NCBI GenBank assembly: GCA_045633405.1
Contig: JAZQYD010000058.1
Span: 11,086-75,085 of the forward strand
Origin: Eubacteriales bacterium
GTDB lineage: Bacteria > Bacillota > Clostridia > Oscillospirales > CAG-272
Reading direction: 5' to 3'
DNA length: 64,000 nucleotides
The notes under the pieces were generated by a model, which saw only the letters and a list, made by a program, of their open reading frames with translations, did no database searches and was not told the origin of the DNA. Within the stretch, counting starts at the first letter, position 1. Each line of letters begins with the position of its first letter. Both the position numbers and the translations under genes were made by a program. Positions 45,650 through 54,062 of the stretch are shown one piece after another.

Positions 45650-46128
45650 GAATATACGTAAGTGCCTCTGATATGATCACGGCAAACGAAAACAATTTAG
45701 TGAACCTCACCGCCTCCGACGGTACGTGCTACGAGGCTCTCGAGCCAAGACGGCTTTTCCCCGTCAGCCGTTCATGCTCCTACATAACCCTCTTAGACTC
45801 CGAAGGCAACGAGGTAGCGATAATCAAAGAGCTGAGCGATCTGAATGCAGAATCTCTGAAGGTGATAACAAGAAGCCTCAACGATTATTATCTTATTCCC
45901 CGCATTACGAAAATATTCTCTGCAAGTGACAAGAACGGTACTACTCACTGGTGTGTTGAAACGGACAGAGGATATAAGGAATTTGACATCAGGGTCAGGA
46001 GCCAAGATATCAGGGTTCGCCCCGATGGCAGAATAAGAGTCCGTGATTCGGACGACAACAGATACATCATCGACGATTACAGAGCTCTCGACAAGCATAG
46101 CAGGGCTCAGCTGATAGGTGATATATAA
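45646..46128 (+). CDS. DUF1854-family protein (ABC-exporter partner)
   Basis: GTG start in a GTGA overlap with the exporter stop, after AAGGAGGAAAG. LEPRRLFPVS...ITLLDSEGNEVAIIKELSDLNAESLKVITRSLNDYYLIPRITKI...HWCVETDRGYKEFDI...RVRDSDDNRYIIDDYRALDKHSRAQL matches my recollection of the DUF1854 pattern. Confidence 0.65.
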   Translation: MRIYVSASDMITANENNLVNLTASDGTCYEALEPRRLFPVSRSCSYITLLDSEGNEVAIIKELSDLNAESLKVITRSLNDYYLIPRITKIFSASDKNGTTHWCVETDRGYKEFDIRVRSQDIRVRPDGRIRVRDSDDNRYIIDDYRALDKHSRAQLIGDI

Positions 46129-46135
46129 TTTTTCA

Positions 46136-46170
46136 GGGCAGACACGACCGTGTCTGCCCTTTTTGTTTTT
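46136..46170 (+). terminator. Rho-independent terminator (plus strand; the hairpin is shared with the convergent GH20-like gene)
   Basis: GGGCAGACAC-gacc-GTGTCTGCCC followed by TTTTTGTTTTTT. Confidence 0.85.
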
Positions 46171-48338
46171 TATCTTAAGAATCTGAATTTCTCGCTCATT
46201 GCGTAATCAAGCTGAGAGAGCTCAAGGCGAGGTCTTCTGCCTGTGAGAGTCTCACGCTCAAGGTATGCACGAAGGTCAACGAGATACTGTCTGAAGAGTG
46301 ACATATTACGAAGATATACGTAGGACTGAGCACGCATCTTAGCACACTCTGCGAACGCCATAAGTTTCTCCCTCTCGTTTATGAGTCTGTCGAGGGTCTC
46401 GATGACACCTATGGGACTGCCTCCGTTGTTATAGTCCAAAGCCGCATTAAGAAGCGAGAGATACTCGTCCGCTATGCGATTGTAATGACGGCAGGTGAGC
46501 AGCCAGGTATCGTTAAGCTTATCATATCTTCCCGAATTCTCGAAGAATGCTATCGCAAGGTCGGAATTCTTCTTGACAAGCTCAAGGAATGCGACCTCTA
46601 CCCTATCAGAGCGGATGAGCCTATCGAAGGATTCACCGGGGAAATTCTTAATGGTGAAGGTACGGTTACCGCACTCGTCAAGGAGCTCGTTGCCCGCCTC
46701 GTCCTTCTTAACTACTCTGTAAGAGAAGTTATAATATTCAAGCCATCTGTTGAATCTGTTCTGGAAGTGGTTATGAGCCTCATCGATCATTATATCACGC
46801 ATTGCTCTGAATGCAGTGAGAGCCTTGCCCGTGTTCTTGGGGTAATACTTGCTCGCATAGCGGCGGTCGAAGCCGTCTTGGTTATCGATCTCACCGACGT
46901 TCCAGGAAAGGTCTGCTATAACGTAGAAATTCTTATCAAAGGAATAGTCGAAGGTACCGTATGCATCAGTGCCCTCGAAGCCGTGCTCGATAGCAACCTT
47001 CATCATACCTCTTACGTTCTCGTGGGTATCCTGAGCGGCGGTCCAGTTCTGGTAGGAGGAATAAGGCTTGATACGGCTTCTGAGAATTTTTCTCACCTTA
47101 TCTCGCTTGCCGAAGAAGAGACCTGCCGTGGGATCCTCGTAGCACCACCAGTCGAGTACGGCTACGTCATCGACACCGGCATCCACAAATCTCTGCTTGT
47201 TACCGTCAGTAACGGCGTCAAGCTCGAGGAACATATCGTGGCAGAGGAAGACCGACTTCATTCCCCTCTTCTTCGAATATTTAATAACTTCGATAGCGAA
47301 GTCGAGGAAGATATCCGTACGTGACTTATCCTTACACTTGGGGCACTCGCACTTGAAGGCAGGCCCTACCTCGTCGAGACCGAAGTGTATCTCGTCGTTG
47401 CCGAAGGGTGCTATATACTCGTCTATCATGTAGTCGGTCCACTTGTAGATGAGCTCCATTGTCGCAGGGTTAGCCGTGCAATAGCCCATCTTCTTCGGTG
47501 TACCGTCGGGGTGCTTCGCAGAGATCTCGGGGATATATCTCGGAATGAGTCTGTTGTGACCGAGGGTGTTGATCTGAGGAATAATTACTATATTTCTCTT
47601 CTTCGCATATGCGATGACCTCGGGGAGGAACTTCTCCTTGAAGATAGTGGGAATAAGATCGCATCTGTTGATCCATCTTCCCTCTCTTACGGAATAATAC
47701 TTGATCCTCTTAGGCGACTTGATCTCGGGGTGACCGGGAACGGGCATATAGAGAAACTCAGCGGGATCGCTATCGTACTGCCAGCCCCAGCAATCGTAGA
47801 GGGTGAGGCAGAGTCTGTTGATCTTCATAGATGCAAGGTAGTCAACGATCTCGAGGTAGTCCTCCTTGGTGAGAAACTCCGTGCCGTAGCGGGACTCAAA
47901 GGTATGTCCTCTGAACTTGAAATCGGGGTAGTCGAGGATGAATACGTCGGGGATAAGCACGTCGTCCTCTGCGAGCTCGAGAGTCTCGGCGAAGGTAACG
48001 GCAGCATAGAAGGCTCCTGCGGGGCTCTTACCGACGAGAAGAGTCTCTCTCTTAGCAGTCCTTACGTAATACGCCTCATCGCTCTCTATTCCCTCGAAGA
48101 GGGCATCTGCGGGATCGACCTTGATATTTAATTTGTAGTCGCCCCTCACTCCGTCACCCGTGACGCAGGCGATGCCTGCGAGCTTTTTCTCGAGCACCTC
48201 ACGTGCCGAGCGTGTAAGGTCGCACTTCTCGGAAAGGCGGATAGCGACCTTGCCTCCAAAGGAGGCGATTTTTATTATATTTCCGTTTTCCTCTATCCTC
48301 TTAGGCAAAGGAATAAGATATTCGGATGGCTTACGCAT
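46170..48338 (-). CDS. GH20-like glycoside hydrolase (beta-N-acetylhexosaminidase family) with helical C-terminal extension, leaderless
   Basis: 722 aa. ILDYPDFKFRGHTFESRY (GH20 domain-boundary pattern), IIPQINTLGHN, EIHFGLDEV (D-E catalytic pair context). Separated from paralogue 1 by only 40 nt, with its own AAAGGAGAA RBS. Confidence 0.6.
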   Translation of the reverse strand: MRKPSEYLIPLPKRIEENGNIIKIASFGGKVAIRLSEKCDLTRSAREVLEKKLAGIACVTGDGVRGDYKLNIKVDPADALFEGIESDEAYYVRTAKRETLLVGKSPAGAFYAAVTFAETLELAEDDVLIPDVFILDYPDFKFRGHTFESRYGTEFLTKEDYLEIVDYLASMKINRLCLTLYDCWGWQYDSDPAEFLYMPVPGHPEIKSPKRIKYYSVREGRWINRCDLIPTIFKEKFLPEVIAYAKKRNIVIIPQINTLGHNRLIPRYIPEISAKHPDGTPKKMGYCTANPATMELIYKWTDYMIDEYIAPFGNDEIHFGLDEVGPAFKCECPKCKDKSRTDIFLDFAIEVIKYSKKRGMKSVFLCHDMFLELDAVTDGNKQRFVDAGVDDVAVLDWWCYEDPTAGLFFGKRDKVRKILRSRIKPYSSYQNWTAAQDTHENVRGMMKVAIEHGFEGTDAYGTFDYSFDKNFYVIADLSWNVGEIDNQDGFDRRYASKYYPKNTGKALTAFRAMRDIMIDEAHNHFQNRFNRWLEYYNFSYRVVKKDEAGNELLDECGNRTFTIKNFPGESFDRLIRSDRVEVAFLELVKKNSDLAIAFFENSGRYDKLNDTWLLTCRHYNRIADEYLSLLNAALDYNNGGSPIGVIETLDRLINEREKLMAFAECAKMRAQSYVYLRNMSLFRQYLVDLRAYLERETLTGRRPRLELSQLDYAMSEKFRFLR

Positions 48339-48378
48339 AGCGTTCTCCTTTTATGATACGTATAATTTTAAAATGATT

Positions 48379-50214
48379 TTACTCGATTGTGACAACCGAG
48401 GTGTATTCCTCTGCCGTGGCGGTGAGGGTGATCCTATATAGGTTGTCGACTCCCCACGTGCTCTTCACGTTGATGTCCTCGAAGTCCTTGGTGTTCTCGA
48501 TCGCTGTGATCTCGAGGGCGAGATCCTTGTTGTAAGAGAGGGTACGTCCGTCCGCAACCAGAAGCTTACCCTCCGAGATGATCTCGGGCTTCGCATAGCT
48601 TGTGAAGTGGAAGGCGATTTCACCCTCCCTCTCGAGCTTTACGGTATCGGTGACGGTAATTCTGCCCTCTGTAAGCGAGCACTCCCTCACGAGGCTTAAA
48701 ATGCCCGCCTCGGCAGGATATGCACCTGCGATATTCATTCTGACGGTGCGTCCGTCCACGTCGCAGGTTTCGTCCGAGGATGTCCTCGCCTTTCCGTCCA
48801 CCTGATCTATACCGTTCACGGTAGGACAGCTGTGGTAGGATGCATTCGTATACCATCTCTGGTATCTTGTCTTACCGAAATATTCATTATTGTAGCTTCC
48901 GATGCCGGGGTCGACTATGACGGGGCTCGCATTCGAGAAGATGACGAGGCAACCGACGTCGTTGTGGTTGCCGGGCTCACCGTTAGTTCCGCCCTTAGTC
49001 GCAAGGAATAGTCCCTTCGAGGTATCGGTACACTCACGGAATACCGCAATTTTATGTCCGTCGAGCCAGGTCGAGAGCCTTCCTTCAACTCTTGAAGCCT
49101 CCTTCACGGTAGGGGTGAACGCATCCTTCGTCACTCTGTATACCATACCGAAGAAGTAGTAATACTTATTCTGCATAAGATATGAGGCGTACTCACCGAA
49201 GGTGGAGAGGGTGCGTGAGCCGAGCTTGTCGCCCATTCTCTTTATCATATCTCCGTAGAGGTGGAGGGTGTTGTTACCGTCCTCAAAGTTTACGGCACGT
49301 CTGCCGTCGATGGACATGGTGGCGATAAACTCGCACATATTCCTTATGATAGGCTCGTGGTAGACGTTGATCTTACCTCCCGAGATATCCTCGAGTATCT
49401 CAAGACAGTCGAAGAGACATCCTGCCGCACCGTCCCAATAGAAGGGGCCCTCGGCACAGCATCCGTCCTCGGGATACTTGGATACGAAGAAATCGAGAAG
49501 CTGCATAGCCCTTGAGAGCACCCTCTGACGGAGGTGCATCTCCTCAACACAGGTCGCCATAGCAACAAGAACGTTCATCGTAATGCTGGGAAGCCAATTG
49601 CAGGAGCTGTGCATCCACCAGAAGTCACCCTGCACGAAGGGGCGGATGACACGGAGATAGACGAGGTGATCAATTCGTCTGCAGATGAAGGGGGTGATCC
49701 CGTCAAGCTTATCCCCGAGAAAATATCTCACGTATCCGAGGAGTGCTCCGCAGATGCCTCCGTAGAGGTCGAGACCGGGGAGGTCTGCCTCGGCATAGGC
49801 CTCGGGCACCTCGGTCGCAGGGTCCATAAGGGAGTTTGCCTGATGAGCGGGGATAACCCAGCTGACCTCCTCCATTATAGCCCAGGCTACGTCTGCGATC
49901 TTCTCGACGAACCTGCCCTTATTCTCATACATCTCGGCAAGGGTCATATAGAAGAGCATATCTCTTCTTCTATGGTGTACCCTCTCGTAGTTCGAGCGGC
50001 TGCCGCTTATGAATTTATCCCTGAAGAGGGAGAGGGAGATGACGGTGAGGGGCTCCTCCAGGAACCCTTCTGCCTTCTCCATAATTACCTTAGCCTTCTC
50101 GGGATCGATCCTTTGTTCCTTGACGTCCGAGAAAAATTTAAATTCGGATCTCGGCAAAAAGTTGCCCGCACTGCCGATGCCGTTTTTTGAAAATACTCTG
50201 ATTCCGCTTTCCAT
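48379..50214 (-). CDS. Heparinase II/III-like family protein, paralogue 1 of 6 (subtype A, GNHNDVG), leaderless
   Basis: 611 aa. HHRRRDMLFYM, SWVIPAHQ, PEDGCCAEGPFYWDGAAG, FLATKGGTNGEPGNHNDVGCLVIF, VDPGIGSYNNEYF. Family assigned from the NHNDVG / toroid-plus-sandwich pattern by memory. Confidence 0.55.
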   Translation of the reverse strand: MESGIRVFSKNGIGSAGNFLPRSEFKFFSDVKEQRIDPEKAKVIMEKAEGFLEEPLTVISLSLFRDKFISGSRSNYERVHHRRRDMLFYMTLAEMYENKGRFVEKIADVAWAIMEEVSWVIPAHQANSLMDPATEVPEAYAEADLPGLDLYGGICGALLGYVRYFLGDKLDGITPFICRRIDHLVYLRVIRPFVQGDFWWMHSSCNWLPSITMNVLVAMATCVEEMHLRQRVLSRAMQLLDFFVSKYPEDGCCAEGPFYWDGAAGCLFDCLEILEDISGGKINVYHEPIIRNMCEFIATMSIDGRRAVNFEDGNNTLHLYGDMIKRMGDKLGSRTLSTFGEYASYLMQNKYYYFFGMVYRVTKDAFTPTVKEASRVEGRLSTWLDGHKIAVFRECTDTSKGLFLATKGGTNGEPGNHNDVGCLVIFSNASPVIVDPGIGSYNNEYFGKTRYQRWYTNASYHSCPTVNGIDQVDGKARTSSDETCDVDGRTVRMNIAGAYPAEAGILSLVRECSLTEGRITVTDTVKLEREGEIAFHFTSYAKPEIISEGKLLVADGRTLSYNKDLALEITAIENTKDFEDINVKSTWGVDNLYRITLTATAEEYTSVVTIE

Positions 50215-50225
50215 TTATACTCCAA

Positions 50226-52091
50226 TCAGTAAATAGCGATCTCACTCGTTGCCTTATCAGCTCTCGCTCTCAGGGTAATACGCCACAGACACTCTCTTCT
50301 CCACGTTCCCTTGAAGTTGAGATCATCGTAAGGAAGGTAGGTATTTTCAACCTTCTCGATCACAAGACCGAGGCTCTTGTCATAGGCGAATACTCTTCCC
50401 TCTGCAATTGCGAGCTTGCCGTCCTCTATGACCTTTGGCTCGTCGATAGTCAGGTAGTTGAACTGGATATCTCCGACCTCGCTGAGAGTGACCTCGTCCT
50501 TCACACGTGCGACGCCGCCGTCAAGGTGGCAGGTACGTCTCATAGACTCGATGATCTCAGTTGGGAATGCTCCCTTCAGCTCCATGGAGACGGTCATATT
50601 CGCTTCGTCAAACACCTCGTCCGAGGATGCGAACTGTCCGCCTGCCTTCTGCTCAATACCGTTAACTGTTGGGATGGAGTGATAGGACGACTTCATGAAC
50701 CATCTGTCGTATCTCGTCGGGCCGAAGAAGCCGTTATCGTACGAGCCGTGGCTGGGGTCGATTATGACGGGCTCACCGTTATAGTATACAACAAGACAGC
50801 CTACGTCGTTGTGGTTATGCATTTCATTATTGGTTCCGCCCTTGGTAGCGAGGAACATTCCCTTAGAGGTGTCCTCAGACTCGCGGAATATGGCAACCTT
50901 ACCGCCCTCGTACCATACGGTGCGAGCCGCCTTGGTAACGTCCGCCTCGGTGATCTCGGGTATATACGCATTCTTGAGAACACTGAAGCACATACCGAAG
51001 AAATAATATCTGTCTACGGGGTTGTCTGCGGCAACCATCATACCGAATCTCTCGAGCTCCTCCGACTTGCACTTCTTACCGTATCTGATAAGGAGCTTAC
51101 CGTCGTGGTTAAGTCTCGGATGTGCATCGGCGAAGTTGAGGTAGTATCTGCCGTTGATATTGAATTTTACTATATACTCTCCGATCTTTCTGACAAGGGG
51201 ATCTCCGTACACGTCGATCTTACCGCCGGAGAGATCCTCCAAGAGCTCAAGACAATCGAAGTAGTTTCCGCCTGCACCGCCCCAATAACCGGGACCCTCG
51301 TCGCAGAAGCCATCCTCGGGGTAGAATGCAGTGAAGTTATCGAGCAAGAGCATAGCCTTCTCAACCACCCTCTTACGCTTCTCCATATCGGAAACGCAGA
51401 TAGCGGTAGCGAAAAGAATGCTGGAGGTGATATTGGTGAGCCAGTTATTCACTGCATTTCCGCCAAGACCCATCCAGCCGTAGCTGCCCGTGATGAAGGG
51501 ACGCACGCCGCGAAGATAGACGAGGTGGTCTATTCTCTTACAGATGATGGGGCTGATCTCATCAAGCTTATCCTGATGAAGATACTTCGCAAGTGCGAGG
51601 GTCGCACAGCAGTTTCCTGCATAGAGGTCAAGACCGGGGATGATGTCCTCTCTGTATGCCTCGGGCACGTCCGTGCCGGGAGCTGTGGGAGAGGTGTGAG
51701 TGTGAGCGGGGATGACCCAGCCGGTCTCGTCCATTATTGCCCAAGCGAGGTCGGCTATTCTCTCTATAAATCTGCCCTTCTTCTCAAACTCCTCAGCGAG
51801 CGAGAGGGTGAAGAGCATCGTCCTTCTCTTATGGTGGAAGCTCTCAAAGCGAGAGCGGATCTTGGTTTTCTTCATCTCGCGGAATAGCGAGAGGGTCAGC
51901 ATGGGGATGGGCTCAGCGAGATACTCCTCGGCATTTTTTACCATCTGCTCGCCGAAGGCCTTGTCCATCTTCAATTCATCACCCAAGTCTCTGTACATCT
52001 TAAACTCGGATACAGGAAGGATGTTTCCCTTATCTGTAACGCTTCCCGAGAGATACCCTTTTCTACTAAAAACTCTTATATTGCTTCTCAT
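50226..52091 (-). CDS. Heparinase II/III-like family protein, paralogue 2 of 6 (subtype B, HNHNDVG), leaderless
   Basis: 621 aa. HHKRRTMLF, GWVIPAHTHTSPTAP, PEDGFCDEGPGYWGGAGG, FLATKGGTNNEMHNHNDVGCLVVY, IDPSHGSYDNGFFGPTRYDRWFMKSSYHS. Confidence 0.55.
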   Translation of the reverse strand: MRSNIRVFSRKGYLSGSVTDKGNILPVSEFKMYRDLGDELKMDKAFGEQMVKNAEEYLAEPIPMLTLSLFREMKKTKIRSRFESFHHKRRTMLFTLSLAEEFEKKGRFIERIADLAWAIMDETGWVIPAHTHTSPTAPGTDVPEAYREDIIPGLDLYAGNCCATLALAKYLHQDKLDEISPIICKRIDHLVYLRGVRPFITGSYGWMGLGGNAVNNWLTNITSSILFATAICVSDMEKRKRVVEKAMLLLDNFTAFYPEDGFCDEGPGYWGGAGGNYFDCLELLEDLSGGKIDVYGDPLVRKIGEYIVKFNINGRYYLNFADAHPRLNHDGKLLIRYGKKCKSEELERFGMMVAADNPVDRYYFFGMCFSVLKNAYIPEITEADVTKAARTVWYEGGKVAIFRESEDTSKGMFLATKGGTNNEMHNHNDVGCLVVYYNGEPVIIDPSHGSYDNGFFGPTRYDRWFMKSSYHSIPTVNGIEQKAGGQFASSDEVFDEANMTVSMELKGAFPTEIIESMRRTCHLDGGVARVKDEVTLSEVGDIQFNYLTIDEPKVIEDGKLAIAEGRVFAYDKSLGLVIEKVENTYLPYDDLNFKGTWRRECLWRITLRARADKATSEIAIY

Positions 52092-52117
52092 ATTTTCTCC
52101 TTTTCAAATGACACCGA

Positions 52118-53974
52118 TCAAAATACCGTTATCTCACTGACCGCAGACTCTGCGTGCTTTGTGAGCGTGATTCTCCAAAGACACTCTCTATCCCACATGC
52201 CGAAATTGAGGTCCTCATAGGGGAGCTTCTTGTTCTCAATTTTTTCAATTGTGAGATCGAGGCTTGTATCGTAGGTGAAGGTTCTGCCCTCCGCCAAGGA
52301 AAGCTTACCCTCCTCTATCATCTTGGGCTCGTCGACGGTTACGTAGTGGAAGGCGATGTCTCCCACGTGGTCGATCTTCACCTCGTCCTTAACACGGACA
52401 ACACCTCCGTCAAGCTGACAGGTACGTCTCATCGACTCGATGCCCGCACTCTCGGGAAATGCTCCCTTCAGCTCCATAGAGACGGTCATATTCTCACCGT
52501 CAAACACCTCGTCCGAGGATGCGAAGGCAAGTCCGTCCTTCTCTTCTACCCCGTCAACGGTGGGCACTGAATGATAGCCGGAATTGTAGAACCATTTCTC
52601 GTATCTGAAATTACCGTAATCGTACGAGCCGTGGCTGGGGTCGACAATAACGGGCTTGCCGCCGTAGTATACAACGAGGCATCCGACGTCGTTATGATTG
52701 TGCAATTCTCCGTTGGTGCCTCCCTTGGTCGCAAGGTACATACCCAAAGAGGTGTCATCGGACTCGCGGAATATAGCAACCTTTCCGCTATCGTACCAGA
52801 CTGTACGCTCGGCCTTGGTGGTCTCGGCATCGGTTATCTCGGGAATGTAAGAATTCTTAAGAGTCCTGAATGCCATACCGAAGAAGTAATATCTTCTTAC
52901 GGGGTTATCGCGTGCCACCATTTTACCGAATCTCGTAAGAGACTCCGAGCCGCACTTCTCTCCGTAGCGGATTATGACCTTACCGTCGTGCTCGACTCTC
53001 GGTCTTGCATCGGCAAAGCAGAGGTAATAATTTTTATCAATATTGAATTTGACGATATACTCACCCATCTTCCTTAAGAGCGGATGACCGTACACGTTTA
53101 TTCTTCCGCCCGTGATATCGTCGATAAGCTCGAGGCAGTCGAAGTAGTTTCCTGCAGCACCGCCCCAATAACCGGGGCCCTCGTCGCAGAAGCCATCCTC
53201 GGGATAGGAGGAGGTGAAGTTATCGAGTATTCTCATAGCCTTCTCGACTACCCTCTTACGGATAGCGGTATTTGACACCGTGACCGCGGTAGCGAAGAGG
53301 ATGCTCGACGTGACGTTGGTCGACCAGTTGTTGATATTATTTCCCTCAAAGCCCATCCACCTGAACGAGCAGGTTATATAGGGACGGATACCGCGAAGGT
53401 ATATAAGGTGATCGATCTTCTTACAGATCACGGGGCTGATAGCGTCAAGCTTATCCTTATGCAGATATTTTACAAGTGCGAGGGTCGCACAGCAGTTAGC
53501 TGAATATAATTCAAGTGCCGGGATGACATCCTCCCTTATCGTCTCGGGGACGTCTGTATTCGATGCCGTGGGAGAATGGTAGGTATGAGCGGGGATGACC
53601 CAGCTCGTCTCATCCATTATAGCCCAGGCGACGTCTGCCATCTTCTCAACGAATCTACCCTTATTCTCATACGCCTCTGCAAAGGCGAGGTCGAAGAGCA
53701 TTTTTCTTCTTCTGTGATGGGAGTTCTCGAAGTTCGAGCGGATTCCCGTCTTTTTCTTCTCCCTGTAAAGTGAAAGAGGGAGGAACGGTATGGGCTCGTC
53801 GAGTATCTTCTCGGCAAGCTCCACCATATAATCACCGAAATCGGGGTTTATGGTCCTCTCTCCCGTAAGATCACGGAAGAGCTTGAAATCGGAAAAGGGC
53901 AGAATCTTCCCTTCCTCGATAACGCTGCCCTTTAAATATCCCGACTCGTAAAAAACCTTTATATTGCTTCTCAT
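52118..53974 (-). CDS. Heparinase II/III-like family protein, paralogue 3 of 6 (subtype B), leaderless
   Basis: 618 aa. Same motif set as paralogue 2 (YLATKGGTNGELHNHNDVGCLVVY, VDPSHGSYDYGNFRYEKWF). Confidence 0.55.
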   Translation of the reverse strand: MRSNIKVFYESGYLKGSVIEEGKILPFSDFKLFRDLTGERTINPDFGDYMVELAEKILDEPIPFLPLSLYREKKKTGIRSNFENSHHRRRKMLFDLAFAEAYENKGRFVEKMADVAWAIMDETSWVIPAHTYHSPTASNTDVPETIREDVIPALELYSANCCATLALVKYLHKDKLDAISPVICKKIDHLIYLRGIRPYITCSFRWMGFEGNNINNWSTNVTSSILFATAVTVSNTAIRKRVVEKAMRILDNFTSSYPEDGFCDEGPGYWGGAAGNYFDCLELIDDITGGRINVYGHPLLRKMGEYIVKFNIDKNYYLCFADARPRVEHDGKVIIRYGEKCGSESLTRFGKMVARDNPVRRYYFFGMAFRTLKNSYIPEITDAETTKAERTVWYDSGKVAIFRESDDTSLGMYLATKGGTNGELHNHNDVGCLVVYYGGKPVIVDPSHGSYDYGNFRYEKWFYNSGYHSVPTVDGVEEKDGLAFASSDEVFDGENMTVSMELKGAFPESAGIESMRRTCQLDGGVVRVKDEVKIDHVGDIAFHYVTVDEPKMIEEGKLSLAEGRTFTYDTSLDLTIEKIENKKLPYEDLNFGMWDRECLWRITLTKHAESAVSEITVF

Positions 53975-53997
53975 TTTTCTGCTCCTTCGTAAAATAA

Positions 53998-54052
53998 GGC
54001 TGTCCCGAAAAGACGCTTTTATTTCACGAGGCTGTCTTTTCGGGACAGCCTC
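53998..54052 (-). terminator. Terminator / attenuator-like element between paralogues 4 and 3 (two mutually exclusive hairpins)
   Basis: Minus strand: hairpin A is GAGGCTGTC-ccgaaaa-GACAGCCTC (54052-54028). Hairpin B is GGCTGTCCCGAAAAGAC (54050-54034) pairing with GTCTTTTCGGGACAGCC (54014-53998), followed by TTATTTTA. B uses both arms of A. Confidence 0.55.
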
Positions 54053-54062
54053 GATTTTACTT

